A stretch of DNA of 64,000 nt from positions 4,094-68,093 of the forward strand of contig JANNQK010000264.1 of NCBI GenBank assembly GCA_031400715.1. Direction: 5' to 3'. The position numbers and the translations under genes are program-made. This stretch comes from Actinomycetes bacterium. Lineage in GTDB: Bacteria; Actinomycetota; Acidimicrobiia; Acidimicrobiales; Ilumatobacteraceae. The notes beneath the pieces are model-generated. The model was not told the DNA's origin. It saw only the letters and a program-made list of their open reading frames with translations, and did not search any database. Shown here piece after piece: positions 52,860 to 61,300 of the stretch (position 1 is its first letter; every line of letters begins with the position of its first letter).

Positions 52860-54086
52860 TCAGGCTGCGAGGATCGCTGCGGCGTGTCGTTGGATCCGCT
52901 CGACCGCAGCGGCGATCTGCAACGTCGCCGACTCGTCTGCCAGCAGCGCACGGTGCTGGAGCCACACGGTGCTCGCCGCGACGTGGTCGGCGTGAGGGAC
53001 GTGGAGCGAGGTCCAATCCTGGGCGGACGGCACCTCGCGCAGGCGCGGCCCGAGATTGCCGGTCCGGAACACGGCGAGATTCTCCAGCGCCGGGTAGCTC
53101 ACGCCCATCGGCGCCCGCTCGGCAACGAGCGCGGCTTCGAATCGAGGCAGTGGCATCCCCGCGAACGCCGCAGCGTCGTAGTGGAAGACGAAGCAGTAGT
53201 AGCCCTGACTGTCCATGCGGGGGTCGCGGGTCGGCGTGCGTATGCCGTCGATCTGATCGAGCGCAGCGCTCAAGGCGTTCGCACGCAGATTCCGGACCGC
53301 GTGCTGTTCGGGAAAGCGGGCGAGTTGAGCGCGCAGGATCGCCCCCTGCCACTCCGTCATCCTCAGGTTCGAGCCGTACGTGGCGTGGTGGTAGAACCAC
53401 TCGCCCTTCACCCGACCACAGTCGGCGTAGGCCCACGCCGCATCGCGCAGTGCCTCGTCGTTGCAGATGAGCGCCCCGCCCTCTCCGGCGGTCATGAGCT
53501 TCGATCGCTGCATCGAGAAGCTGCCGAAATCGCCCCAGCTCCCCACCCCGCGACCGCGCCAGGTGGTGCCGTGGGCGTGGGCGCAGTCTTCGACCAACCG
53601 GAGGTCTCGTCGCGCGCACAGGTCGGTCAGGGCATCGAGATCGGCCGCTGCTCCGGCCACGTGCACGGCGACGATGGCCCGCGTGCGAGGCGTGATCGCT
53701 GCCTCGGCGGCGGCGACATCGATGCAGAGCGTGTCTGGATCGATGTCGACCAGCACCGGCATGGCATTGACCGCGAGCACTGCCGACGCTGACGCGACGA
53801 ACGTCATCGCCGGAACGATCACTTCGTCGCCCTGGCCGATGTCGCATGCGGCCAGAGCGGCTTCGAGGGTGTGCGTGCCATTGGTGAGCGCGAGCCCGAA
53901 GCGCGCGCCCTGGTACGCGGCGAACTCGGCTGCGAACGTCGCCGCCTGGTCACCGTTGCCCTGCCACCAGCCGCCCGCGTCGAGCACTCCCAGCAGCAAC
54001 TCGCGTTCGCTGTCGTCCCACACCGGCCAGCGGGGGTACTGCGGACACAGTGGGGTGCCTCCCAGCACGGCTGGCTGATCGTTCAC
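52860..54086 (-). CDS. DegT/DnrJ/EryC1/StrS-family PLP-dependent sugar aminotransferase
   Basis: Family-typical blocks: PAVLGGTP...WP.WD, EFAAYQGARFGLALTNGTHTLEAAL, and SFSMQRSKLMTAGEGG with the PLP lysine. GTG start with GGAGGA 5 nt upstream. Confidence 0.8.
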   Translation of the reverse strand: MNDQPAVLGGTPLCPQYPRWPVWDDSERELLLGVLDAGGWWQGNGDQAATFAAEFAAYQGARFGLALTNGTHTLEAALAACDIGQGDEVIVPAMTFVASASAVLAVNAMPVLVDIDPDTLCIDVAAAEAAITPRTRAIVAVHVAGAAADLDALTDLCARRDLRLVEDCAHAHGTTWRGRGVGSWGDFGSFSMQRSKLMTAGEGGALICNDEALRDAAWAYADCGRVKGEWFYHHATYGSNLRMTEWQGAILRAQLARFPEQHAVRNLRANALSAALDQIDGIRTPTRDPRMDSQGYYCFVFHYDAAAFAGMPLPRFEAALVAERAPMGVSYPALENLAVFRTGNLGPRLREVPSAQDWTSLHVPHADHVAASTVWLQHRALLADESATLQIAAAVERIQRHAAAILAA

Positions 54087-54099
54087 GTTGGTCCTCCGT

Positions 54100-54975
54100 T
54101 CACGACGCTCCTCCATCTCCGACTCGCTGTCCCCATCGTCGGAGCACCTGCTCCAGACCTCCGAAGGTGACCACTCGGAACTCCTCGGCTGCTGCAACGC
54201 CGTACTCGGCCCCGATGCGGGTGGCGCCGGCTCGCAGCAGTGGCTCCATCAGCGGCTGCGGGTCACCCGACACGACGACCTGTTCGGCAATCGGCAGCCT
54301 CCAGCCACCGGTGTCGGCCTGCAGCACCAATTGGCGGGCGTAGTTCCGGAGCATGGTGCGATGTGCACAGCCCGCAGCGATCTTCCGGTCGAGCGTGGCC
54401 GAGACGTCGATCACATCGGTCACGTCCATCACCCGTCGGCCGAAGTACCAACGTTCGAACGCGCCGTGCGGCCGCAGACCTTCGTCGAGGTGGTCCGGAT
54501 GATGGAGGTCGAACTGGCTGGTCCAGAAGGCCTCATCGGCGGCCCGCGCCACTTGCACGTGGTCTTGGTTGTCCTCGCCGAACATGCTGAACGGATCGAA
54601 GGTCACCAGCGCATACGGGCGGTGGGTGCGAACCTGACGGATGATCTGCTCCCGCAGCGTCACCTCGCTCACGTCGGCGAGAACGTCCGTCGCGTATCCG
54701 AGTTCCACGATGTGTGCGACGCCGAGCACGTCGCAGGCCCGTCGGAACTCGGCGGCGTTCGCCTCGATCGTCTCCTCCTCTGTCAATCCGATCGAGTCCC
54801 AGCGGTCATCGGTGACCCGCACGACCACCACCCGCCAACCCGCATCCGACCATGCGGCCACCGTGCCGCCCAGGAACAAGGCGACGTCGTCGGCATGTGC
54901 GACCACCACCAGCACCACTCTGCCCTCACCCGCCGGCCCTCCGGTGCTCGGGTGAACGGGTCTGATCGTCGCCAC
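54100..54975 (-). CDS. PIG-L/LmbE-family deacetylase
   Basis: VVVAHADDVALFLGGT matches the AHPDD-type zinc motif. FDPFSMFGEDNQDH is also present. Confidence 0.75.
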   Translation of the reverse strand: MATIRPVHPSTGGPAGEGRVVLVVVAHADDVALFLGGTVAAWSDAGWRVVVVRVTDDRWDSIGLTEEETIEANAAEFRRACDVLGVAHIVELGYATDVLADVSEVTLREQIIRQVRTHRPYALVTFDPFSMFGEDNQDHVQVARAADEAFWTSQFDLHHPDHLDEGLRPHGAFERWYFGRRVMDVTDVIDVSATLDRKIAAGCAHRTMLRNYARQLVLQADTGGWRLPIAEQVVVSGDPQPLMEPLLRAGATRIGAEYGVAAAEEFRVVTFGGLEQVLRRWGQRVGDGGAS

Positions 54976-54997
54976 GGAGCGATCGTATGCTCACTCC

Positions 54998-56053
54998 ATG
55001 CACGAGCTGGGGGCGGAGGGAATCGGCTCGCCGTTCCCATACGAAGAGGTGGATGCGGTGGAGGCGCTCCACGGTCTGGGCACGCCACTCGTGGTGTGCG
55101 CCAACGATCCGCCGTGGAGTCGACTCGCTCCCGCGCTGCCCACACCGGTTGCCATGGTCGAGTCGTGGAACATGGATCTCCTCCATCTCGAGCAGACCGT
55201 GACCTCGCTGCGTGAGGCCCATCCACCGGACGCGCTCGCCGCGTCGACGGTCGTGGGCATCGGCGGGGGAACGGCGCTCGACACCGCCAAGTTCGTCGCG
55301 TGGCAGCTCGGGTTGCCGCTGGTGCAGGTGCCGTCGATCACGTCGGTCGATGCTGGTTTCACCGATGCCATCGGCGTGCGAGACGGGGGCAACGTTCGCT
55401 ACATCGCCAACATCGTCCCGCAACTCGTGGTTCTCGATCTTGCCCTCGTGCTCAGCGCTCCTGCGCATCTCAATCGGGCAGGGATCGGTGACATCTTGTC
55501 GTGCCACACGGGACTCTTCGATTGGCGTCTCGCCTCCGATGCCGGTCACGGCGCTGCATGGAACGACCGTCTGGCCGCGCTGGGCACCACGTTGCTCGAC
55601 GAGCTCGAGGCTGTCGCCGATGAGGTCGGAGCGGTCACGGAAGCAGGGGTGCGATGGATCGCGAGTGCCTACCGGCGTATCGGTGCCGCCTGCGCCTGGG
55701 CCGGGCACAGCAGATTCGAAGAGGGCAGTGAGCACTTCTGGGCGTACTCGTACGAGCACCGAACCGGGGCCCATCCGGTGCATGGCGAGATCATCGCCTG
55801 TGCGGTGTGCGCGCTCGCTCACGTGCAGGGCAACGACCCCGAACGGGCACGAGACATCGTCGTTCGGTCCATGGCCCGCGCTCATCCCGACGACATCGCC
55901 GTCGCGGAGGCCGACTTCCGCGTCTGTCTCGCCGGGCTGTCCGCATTCGCCCGCGAGCGGGAGCTCGATGTGTCGGTGGTCGATCTGCGTCCGATCACCG
56001 AACGTCAGGTCGACGCGGCGTGGGCCTTCGCGTCGAGCCTTCCGCGGCGCTGA
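54998..56053 (+). CDS. Iron-containing ADH / glycerol-1-phosphate dehydrogenase / DHQS-like superfamily enzyme
   Basis: VVGIGGGTALDTAKFVA nucleotide-binding motif, and VPSITSVDAGFTDAIGV. Confidence 0.7.
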   Translation: MHELGAEGIGSPFPYEEVDAVEALHGLGTPLVVCANDPPWSRLAPALPTPVAMVESWNMDLLHLEQTVTSLREAHPPDALAASTVVGIGGGTALDTAKFVAWQLGLPLVQVPSITSVDAGFTDAIGVRDGGNVRYIANIVPQLVVLDLALVLSAPAHLNRAGIGDILSCHTGLFDWRLASDAGHGAAWNDRLAALGTTLLDELEAVADEVGAVTEAGVRWIASAYRRIGAACAWAGHSRFEEGSEHFWAYSYEHRTGAHPVHGEIIACAVCALAHVQGNDPERARDIVVRSMARAHPDDIAVAEADFRVCLAGLSAFARERELDVSVVDLRPITERQVDAAWAFASSLPRR

Positions 56054-56111
56054 GCGATCGATCCGAGTGCGACGTGCCCACCCGGGGTGGCAGCCGGCAC
56101 TCCGATGAACC

Positions 56112-56168
56112 GTGTGGGACTCGGGTTGGAGTGTGGGACTCGGGTCGAGGTGTGGGACTCGGGTCAGG
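56112..56168. repeat. 19-bp tandem repeat, 3 copies (GTGTGGGACTCGGGT + 4 nt)
   Basis: Copies start at 56112, 56131 and 56150. The third overlaps the stop of the minus-strand lipoprotein gene. Confidence 0.9.
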
Positions 56169-56904
56169 TGGTGAGGGCCGCGGTGTACAGGTCACCGAGA
56201 TCGGCGACGTCGGTGATCTGATCGACCGGAGGGCCGTCGATCGTGATCTCGTCGAACTCGAGCACGTCGAACACCACGGGCCGTGTCTGCGATGCGTTGT
56301 CGCTCTCGAACCGCACGAGTCGGCCGTCGTCGGCGGCCAGCCAGTAGACGGCCCGCTCCCCGTATCGAAGCACCACCACCTCCACACCGCGCAGCGTGTC
56401 GTTGCGCAGGAACGCCGATCCGGGCTCCTGCTCGATCAGCAGGGGGTTGTCGCGCTGTTCGGCAGCCAATCCCGTCACCAGTGCCAACGCCTGATCGAGT
56501 TGGCGGCCCACCGGGTCGGGGTCACGAACCACCCACGGGACCGCTGGCTGTCCCGCCTGCTCGAGCAGTGGTGCCAGGTCGTTGCGTGCCTCCAGCACTG
56601 CGTCATCGGACCAGAACACCTCGCGAACGCCTTGCTCCACGTTGCGCGTGCTCACCTGTGCATGTCCGCGGTGCTCGCTCCAGTCGACCTCACCTTGCAG
56701 GTTGATCGTGGCGCCGTCGCCCACCTGCACCGCGAGCTGGAAGCTGGCGCCGCCGCGTTCCACGTTCTGGAACAGCACGTTGGCGAGCATCGCCGACTCC
56801 TCCGAGGTGAGGGGTCGCTCGGTCGGTTCGACTGCGTCGCCGCCGCAGGCAGCCAGAGCGAGAGCGCACAGGGTGATCGCAGCCCATGGTCGAGCGCCCC
56901 TCAT
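56164..56904 (-). CDS. Hypothetical lipoprotein
   Basis: MRGARPWAAITLCALALAACGG lipobox. GC3-rich. No family was recognised. Confidence 0.5.
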   Translation of the reverse strand: MRGARPWAAITLCALALAACGGDAVEPTERPLTSEESAMLANVLFQNVERGGASFQLAVQVGDGATINLQGEVDWSEHRGHAQVSTRNVEQGVREVFWSDDAVLEARNDLAPLLEQAGQPAVPWVVRDPDPVGRQLDQALALVTGLAAEQRDNPLLIEQEPGSAFLRNDTLRGVEVVVLRYGERAVYWLAADDGRLVRFESDNASQTRPVVFDVLEFDEITIDGPPVDQITDVADLGDLYTAALTT

Positions 56905-56929
56905 CGCGCGGGTCTCCATCGATCGGGTC

Positions 56930-58288
56930 TCATCGCTCGGGCACCCGGATCGAGGCGAGATCGACCGCGGGCGGGATCGGGGAGGCCGATGTCCAGGGAG
57001 CCGTCGCAGCGTCCGGCATCGATGGTTGTGCCGAGGGCGCCGGTACGTCGCGGTAGTCGATGCCCTCTGGAGGCGGTGGCTGCTCCCAGACCACCGCCGC
57101 GACCGGGGTTCGCGAGCCAGGGCATGGGAGGAGCGCTTCGATCGCTTCCGGCAACGACGTCGTGAAGGTGTTGCCGGCAAAGCAGTTCGCTGCGGAATGA
57201 TCGATCGACGGGTCGGGTAGGTAGAGCAGGTCGAGCGAGTTGTCCTCGAGCACGTTGCCTTCGATGCTGTTTCGTTCGGGTGTGTAGATGCCGAGGCGGA
57301 CGACGCCGATCCCGTACGAGCTGTGCCCACTGACGCGGTTGCGCAGCACGGTGTTCGCAGTGCCGCCGCCGATGGCGATACCACCCCCGAAGAAACCGTT
57401 CGCGATCGCTGGCGTCGCAGCCTCGGCATTGTCGACCACGAGGTTGCCGGCGATCACCGTTTCGACCTGAGGCGCGAGCAGTTCGGCCTGCTGGGAGTTC
57501 GGCGTCATCCCCAGGCGGTTGTGAGCGAACACCGAGTCGATCACGTAGACGCCGCCCGAGGCGTTGGTGCCGTAGTAGCCGATCGCGTTGTACTCCGCCA
57601 CGGAGTCGCGCACCACCACATCGCACGGCTTGCACTGCCCGACATAGATCCCCGAGTCGGGATGGCCGCTGACGTACACCCGCTCGATCAACCCACCGCG
57701 CGACGCAAACGCATACACGCCGTACAGCCCGTTGTTGTGGGCCGTGACCCAGCTGACCCGGTAGCCATCGAGCGTGTTGCCTCCGCTGCCGTACGCCGTG
57801 TCCGGATCGCGTGATCCGTCGGCCTCGGTCGAGCCGTTGAAGAGCACGCCGTTCTGTTGGTACCGGCGAACGGTCAGGTTCTCGACGCCGACTCCGTCGG
57901 CAGTGACGGCGACGCCGTTCGGCAAGCGGTCCTGCCCATCGAGCACCACCAGGTTCCGATCGGTACCGCGCAGGACGATTCCGTCGGTCTCGACGACCAC
58001 GGCCTCGTGGTACTCGCCAGGCGAGATCAGCACCAGATCGCCGGGTCGCGCCTCGTCGACGGCCGCTTGGATGGTGGCGTACTGCTGGGGCACCCGGCGT
58101 ACCGAGACCTGGTCGTTCTTGTCGTTCCCGCACGAGGTGAGGCCACCGGCGAGCACCGCAGCGATCAGGGCGACACCGATCGGACGGCACCGATGCCGCA
58201 GGACAGCGGAGTCTCTGAGCAGGGATGTCACTCCGGATCTCAAGAATTTCTCACCTTCTGCGTCGAACTTGACGATATCAGGAGGCAT
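56930..58288 (-). CDS. Right-handed parallel beta-helix (NosD/pectate-lyase-fold) lipoprotein
   Basis: Lipobox LTSCGN. YATIQAAVDEARPGDLVLISPGEYHEAV, followed by many N-x-V/I beta-helix rungs. Confidence 0.65.
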   Translation of the reverse strand: MPPDIVKFDAEGEKFLRSGVTSLLRDSAVLRHRCRPIGVALIAAVLAGGLTSCGNDKNDQVSVRRVPQQYATIQAAVDEARPGDLVLISPGEYHEAVVVETDGIVLRGTDRNLVVLDGQDRLPNGVAVTADGVGVENLTVRRYQQNGVLFNGSTEADGSRDPDTAYGSGGNTLDGYRVSWVTAHNNGLYGVYAFASRGGLIERVYVSGHPDSGIYVGQCKPCDVVVRDSVAEYNAIGYYGTNASGGVYVIDSVFAHNRLGMTPNSQQAELLAPQVETVIAGNLVVDNAEAATPAIANGFFGGGIAIGGGTANTVLRNRVSGHSSYGIGVVRLGIYTPERNSIEGNVLEDNSLDLLYLPDPSIDHSAANCFAGNTFTTSLPEAIEALLPCPGSRTPVAAVVWEQPPPPEGIDYRDVPAPSAQPSMPDAATAPWTSASPIPPAVDLASIRVPER

Positions 58289-58334
58289 TTCGCGCCGGAT
58301 CGATGCTGCGCCAGGGCAGCGCCGGAGCGAACGG

Positions 58335-61300
58335 GTGGAATCGATCGTGAACGAAGCTGAACCCAAGGTCGAACGCGCGTGGTGGACCGTCGCTGCGATC
58401 TCGGTCGGTCTGGCCTACCTCGGGTGGCGTTCGGTCGCCACCCTCGACGGCGTGCCGGCATGGTTGGGCTGGCCGGTGCTCGGCATCGAGGCGTTGGGGG
58501 TGCTCGGGGTGATCATCCTCCTGCTCGGCCTGGCTCGACAACCGCTGCACACAGACGGCACCGCTCACGCGACCGCGAAGGCAGATGTCATCGTTCGAGT
58601 CGAGGCCGAGCCACTCGGCCGGATCGCTGCCACCCTCGCCGGCCTCCGCCGTGCGGAGAACGTCGCGTCCACCACGATCCTCACCTTCAGCGAGCGCGAA
58701 GACGTGCGTCACCTGGCCGCAGAGCACGGCATCGAGGTGTACTACGTCGATCCCGAGGTCGACGCGACCGGACTGCAGATGGCCCTTCGGGTCGGCAAGA
58801 GTCCGTTCCTCGTCATCCTCGATGCCGGCGATGTGCCGATGCCGAACATGGCCGACGTGCTCGTCCGCCACGCCTACGACGGCCGCATCGCCGGCGTGCG
58901 CGGCGCGGTCGACAGCTGGGCCACCGATTCGGCAGAGCACGACTCGCGCGGGAATCATCTCCTCCGCTTCGAACGCGAGGTGCTCTACCCGGCTGCCGGT
59001 CGTGCCGCCGTGTTGCATGGTTCTGGCGTGCTGTTGCGCCGATGGGCGATCGAGCATGTCGGTGTGCCGAAGGGTCCCCGCCGCACGGTCGAGCTGCGCT
59101 TGTCGATGCGCCTCCGCAAGGCCGGCCTCGAAGTCGTCGCCCCGGCCGATCCGGTGCTCGTCTCCGTCTACGCCGCCAACACCGCGGCAGCGGTCGCACT
59201 CGAGCGTCGCCGCGACACCGCCGCTGCCGTGCGGATGCTGCGATCCACCGATGGGCCGCTCTTGGCCCGGGGCCTCCAGTGGCGCGATCGCATCGCCTTG
59301 CTGGCCACGTTCGTGCGACCGTTGTCCGGCATCCGTCGGGCGTTGTTCGTCACCGCGATCGTCGCATCGTTGCTCAGTGGCGAGTTGCCGATGCGTGGAC
59401 CGGTGTTGGGATTCGTCGTTCTGTGGCTGCCGTGGATGCTGCTGCAGTCGATCGCACTGCGCGTGGCGTCGCTCGGACGGCTCGATTGGGGAGACAGCGC
59501 CCGTTGGTCGTTCAGCACGATGGGCTCGTCGGTCGCGGCACTGTTCGGCGCTGGCGATCCCGTGATCGGTGCAGGGCGGAACCAACCTCGGCACGGAGCC
59601 TTCAGGGAGTTCACGTCGAACCGGCCGATCACCGCGACCCTCGCCGGTCTGGCCGTTGTGGTGCCGTTCGTCGCGATCAGCGATCGCTTCACCGGGTGGT
59701 TGCCGCCGATGCCGATCGCCGAGCGGGCGGCGCTGCTCGCCGTCACGATGTGGGCGATCGCAGTGATGCTCGACGTGATGCGCTGTCTGAACGGTGCTCG
59801 ACAGCTCCGGAGGGCGCCTCGCATCGCCACCGAGTTCCCCGGCAGCGTCGGTGACCTCGGAGCGACCATCATCGATCTCACGCCCTACGGCGCCGGCGCG
59901 ATCACCGATGAACCGGTCGACGTCGGCCAGGAGGTGCATGTCTGCTTCGATGTCCCGAGCGCGCAGGATCGCACATCCGTCGTCGCAGTCGGTGTTGTCC
60001 GGAGCGTGCGCACCACCCCGCACGGCACGGTCAGCGGCATCGAGTTCGTCTCGATGGACGACGCGTCGAGCGATGCGCTCTTCGAGTACTGCGAGGTCAT
60101 CCACTCCCAGGACCACTTCGCAACCAGATCACGAAGCCGAGCCGAGCGACGCGCCCAGCCGCAGATCCCGCGGGTCATGGTCCCATCGCGGCGCATGGGT
60201 GTGCGCCTCTCGGCAGCACTCGTGCTCCTCGGTGTCGTCGTGGCCACGGCTCCACCGTTTCGCTCCATCGAGGCTGCCCCCGTCGCTGCCGGCGGCGCGA
60301 TCACCGTGACGATGTTCCAGGACCACAACGCGAACGGGATCCGGAACCTGGCCGCCGACACCACGAATCCCGCGCTCGACACCGGCGTGCCCGGAGCGAC
60401 GGTGACCGCCACCTGTCTCACCGACGACGGTGGAGACACCACGGCCGGCACGGGCGACGGAGAGACCTACTCGTCGGCCGTCACCGCGGTCGACGCAGGC
60501 GGAGGGGTGTACGACCTGACGAACCTTCCGGGGACCCCCTGTCGCATCGAAGTGACTGCGCTTCCCGCAGGGTTCGAGCCGGGACCGCTCGGTGTGGACA
60601 ACGGAGGCCTCGTTCAGTTCGCAGGTGCGGGTGCAGCGGTGAGCATCGGGGTGAACCGCCCGGACGAGTTCTGCCAGGACAACCCGACGCTCGTCACCAG
60701 CTGCATGACCTTCGGCGATCCCGCGTATGGCGCCGGTGCAGACTTCGCGACGATCAAGTCGTTCTCGTACAACGCCAGCGGCTCGCTGTGGGGTGGACCT
60801 GTCCCGACGGAGACGCCCGTCACCCTGGCGACGAACAAGGAGATCGGCAGCGTGTTCGGGCTCGAGTACCAGCGCGCCGCGCGAACGCTGTACCTCGCCG
60901 CGTACACGAAGGTCTACGCCGGATTCGGGCCCGGTGGTCCGGGGGCGATCTACCAGATCGATCCGAGCACCGGCGGGGCGACCATGTTCGCCACGATCCC
61001 GAACGCGGGCAGCCTGCCCGCCAGGGCCGGGTATGCGCCGAACCCGAACTCGGTGTCGGGTGATTGGTTGCAGGACGGCCAGTACTGGAACGCCGTCGGA
61101 ACGACCTCGCTCGGCGATCTCCAGCTCTCGCCCGACGGTTCGACGCTGTGGGTCGTGAACCTGGCGGATCGCCAGCTCTACCCAGTCGACACCGCGACGG
61201 CAACGGTCGGCACTCCTGTGGCCATCCCGCTCGCCGTCGGTGCCGTGGGCGCGTGCGCCGCTCCCGATGTTCGACCTTTCGGACTCGGCCGCCTCGATGG

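Noticed and set aside
52813-53847. The N-terminal 345 aa of minus-strand ORF 52180..53847.
   Set aside because: It reads out of frame through the same-strand DegT aminotransferase gene (52860..54086) and is Arg-rich nonsense. The membrane protein starts at GTG 52812.
5466-56168. Whether the short tandem repeats (5466-5573, 9796-9845, 42417-42457, 48243-48278 and 56112-56168) could be CRISPR arrays.
   Set aside because: The units are directly adjacent, with no unique spacers. They have only 2-4 copies, differ from one another in sequence, and no cas genes are present.
58278-60116. A 612-aa minus-strand ORF. Other long ORFs lie in frames +1 and +2 and on the antisense strand across 58.3-64 kb (for example 60129..61304, 61413..62579 and 62901..63899).
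   Set aside because: Their translations are Arg/Gly/Pro/His-rich low-complexity sequences typical of off-frame reading of high-GC coding DNA. The remaining plus frame gives recognisable TM, GT2-like, PilZ and SdrD-B sequence with no stop.
60177-60260. Treating the surface-protein part as a separate gene starting at ATG 60177 or 60195, with its own signal peptide.
   Set aside because: I could not adopt this as the primary model because no stop codon terminates the upstream PilZ-encoding frame. As written, the sequence gives read-through. Internal initiation remains possible and is flagged in the corresponding finding.
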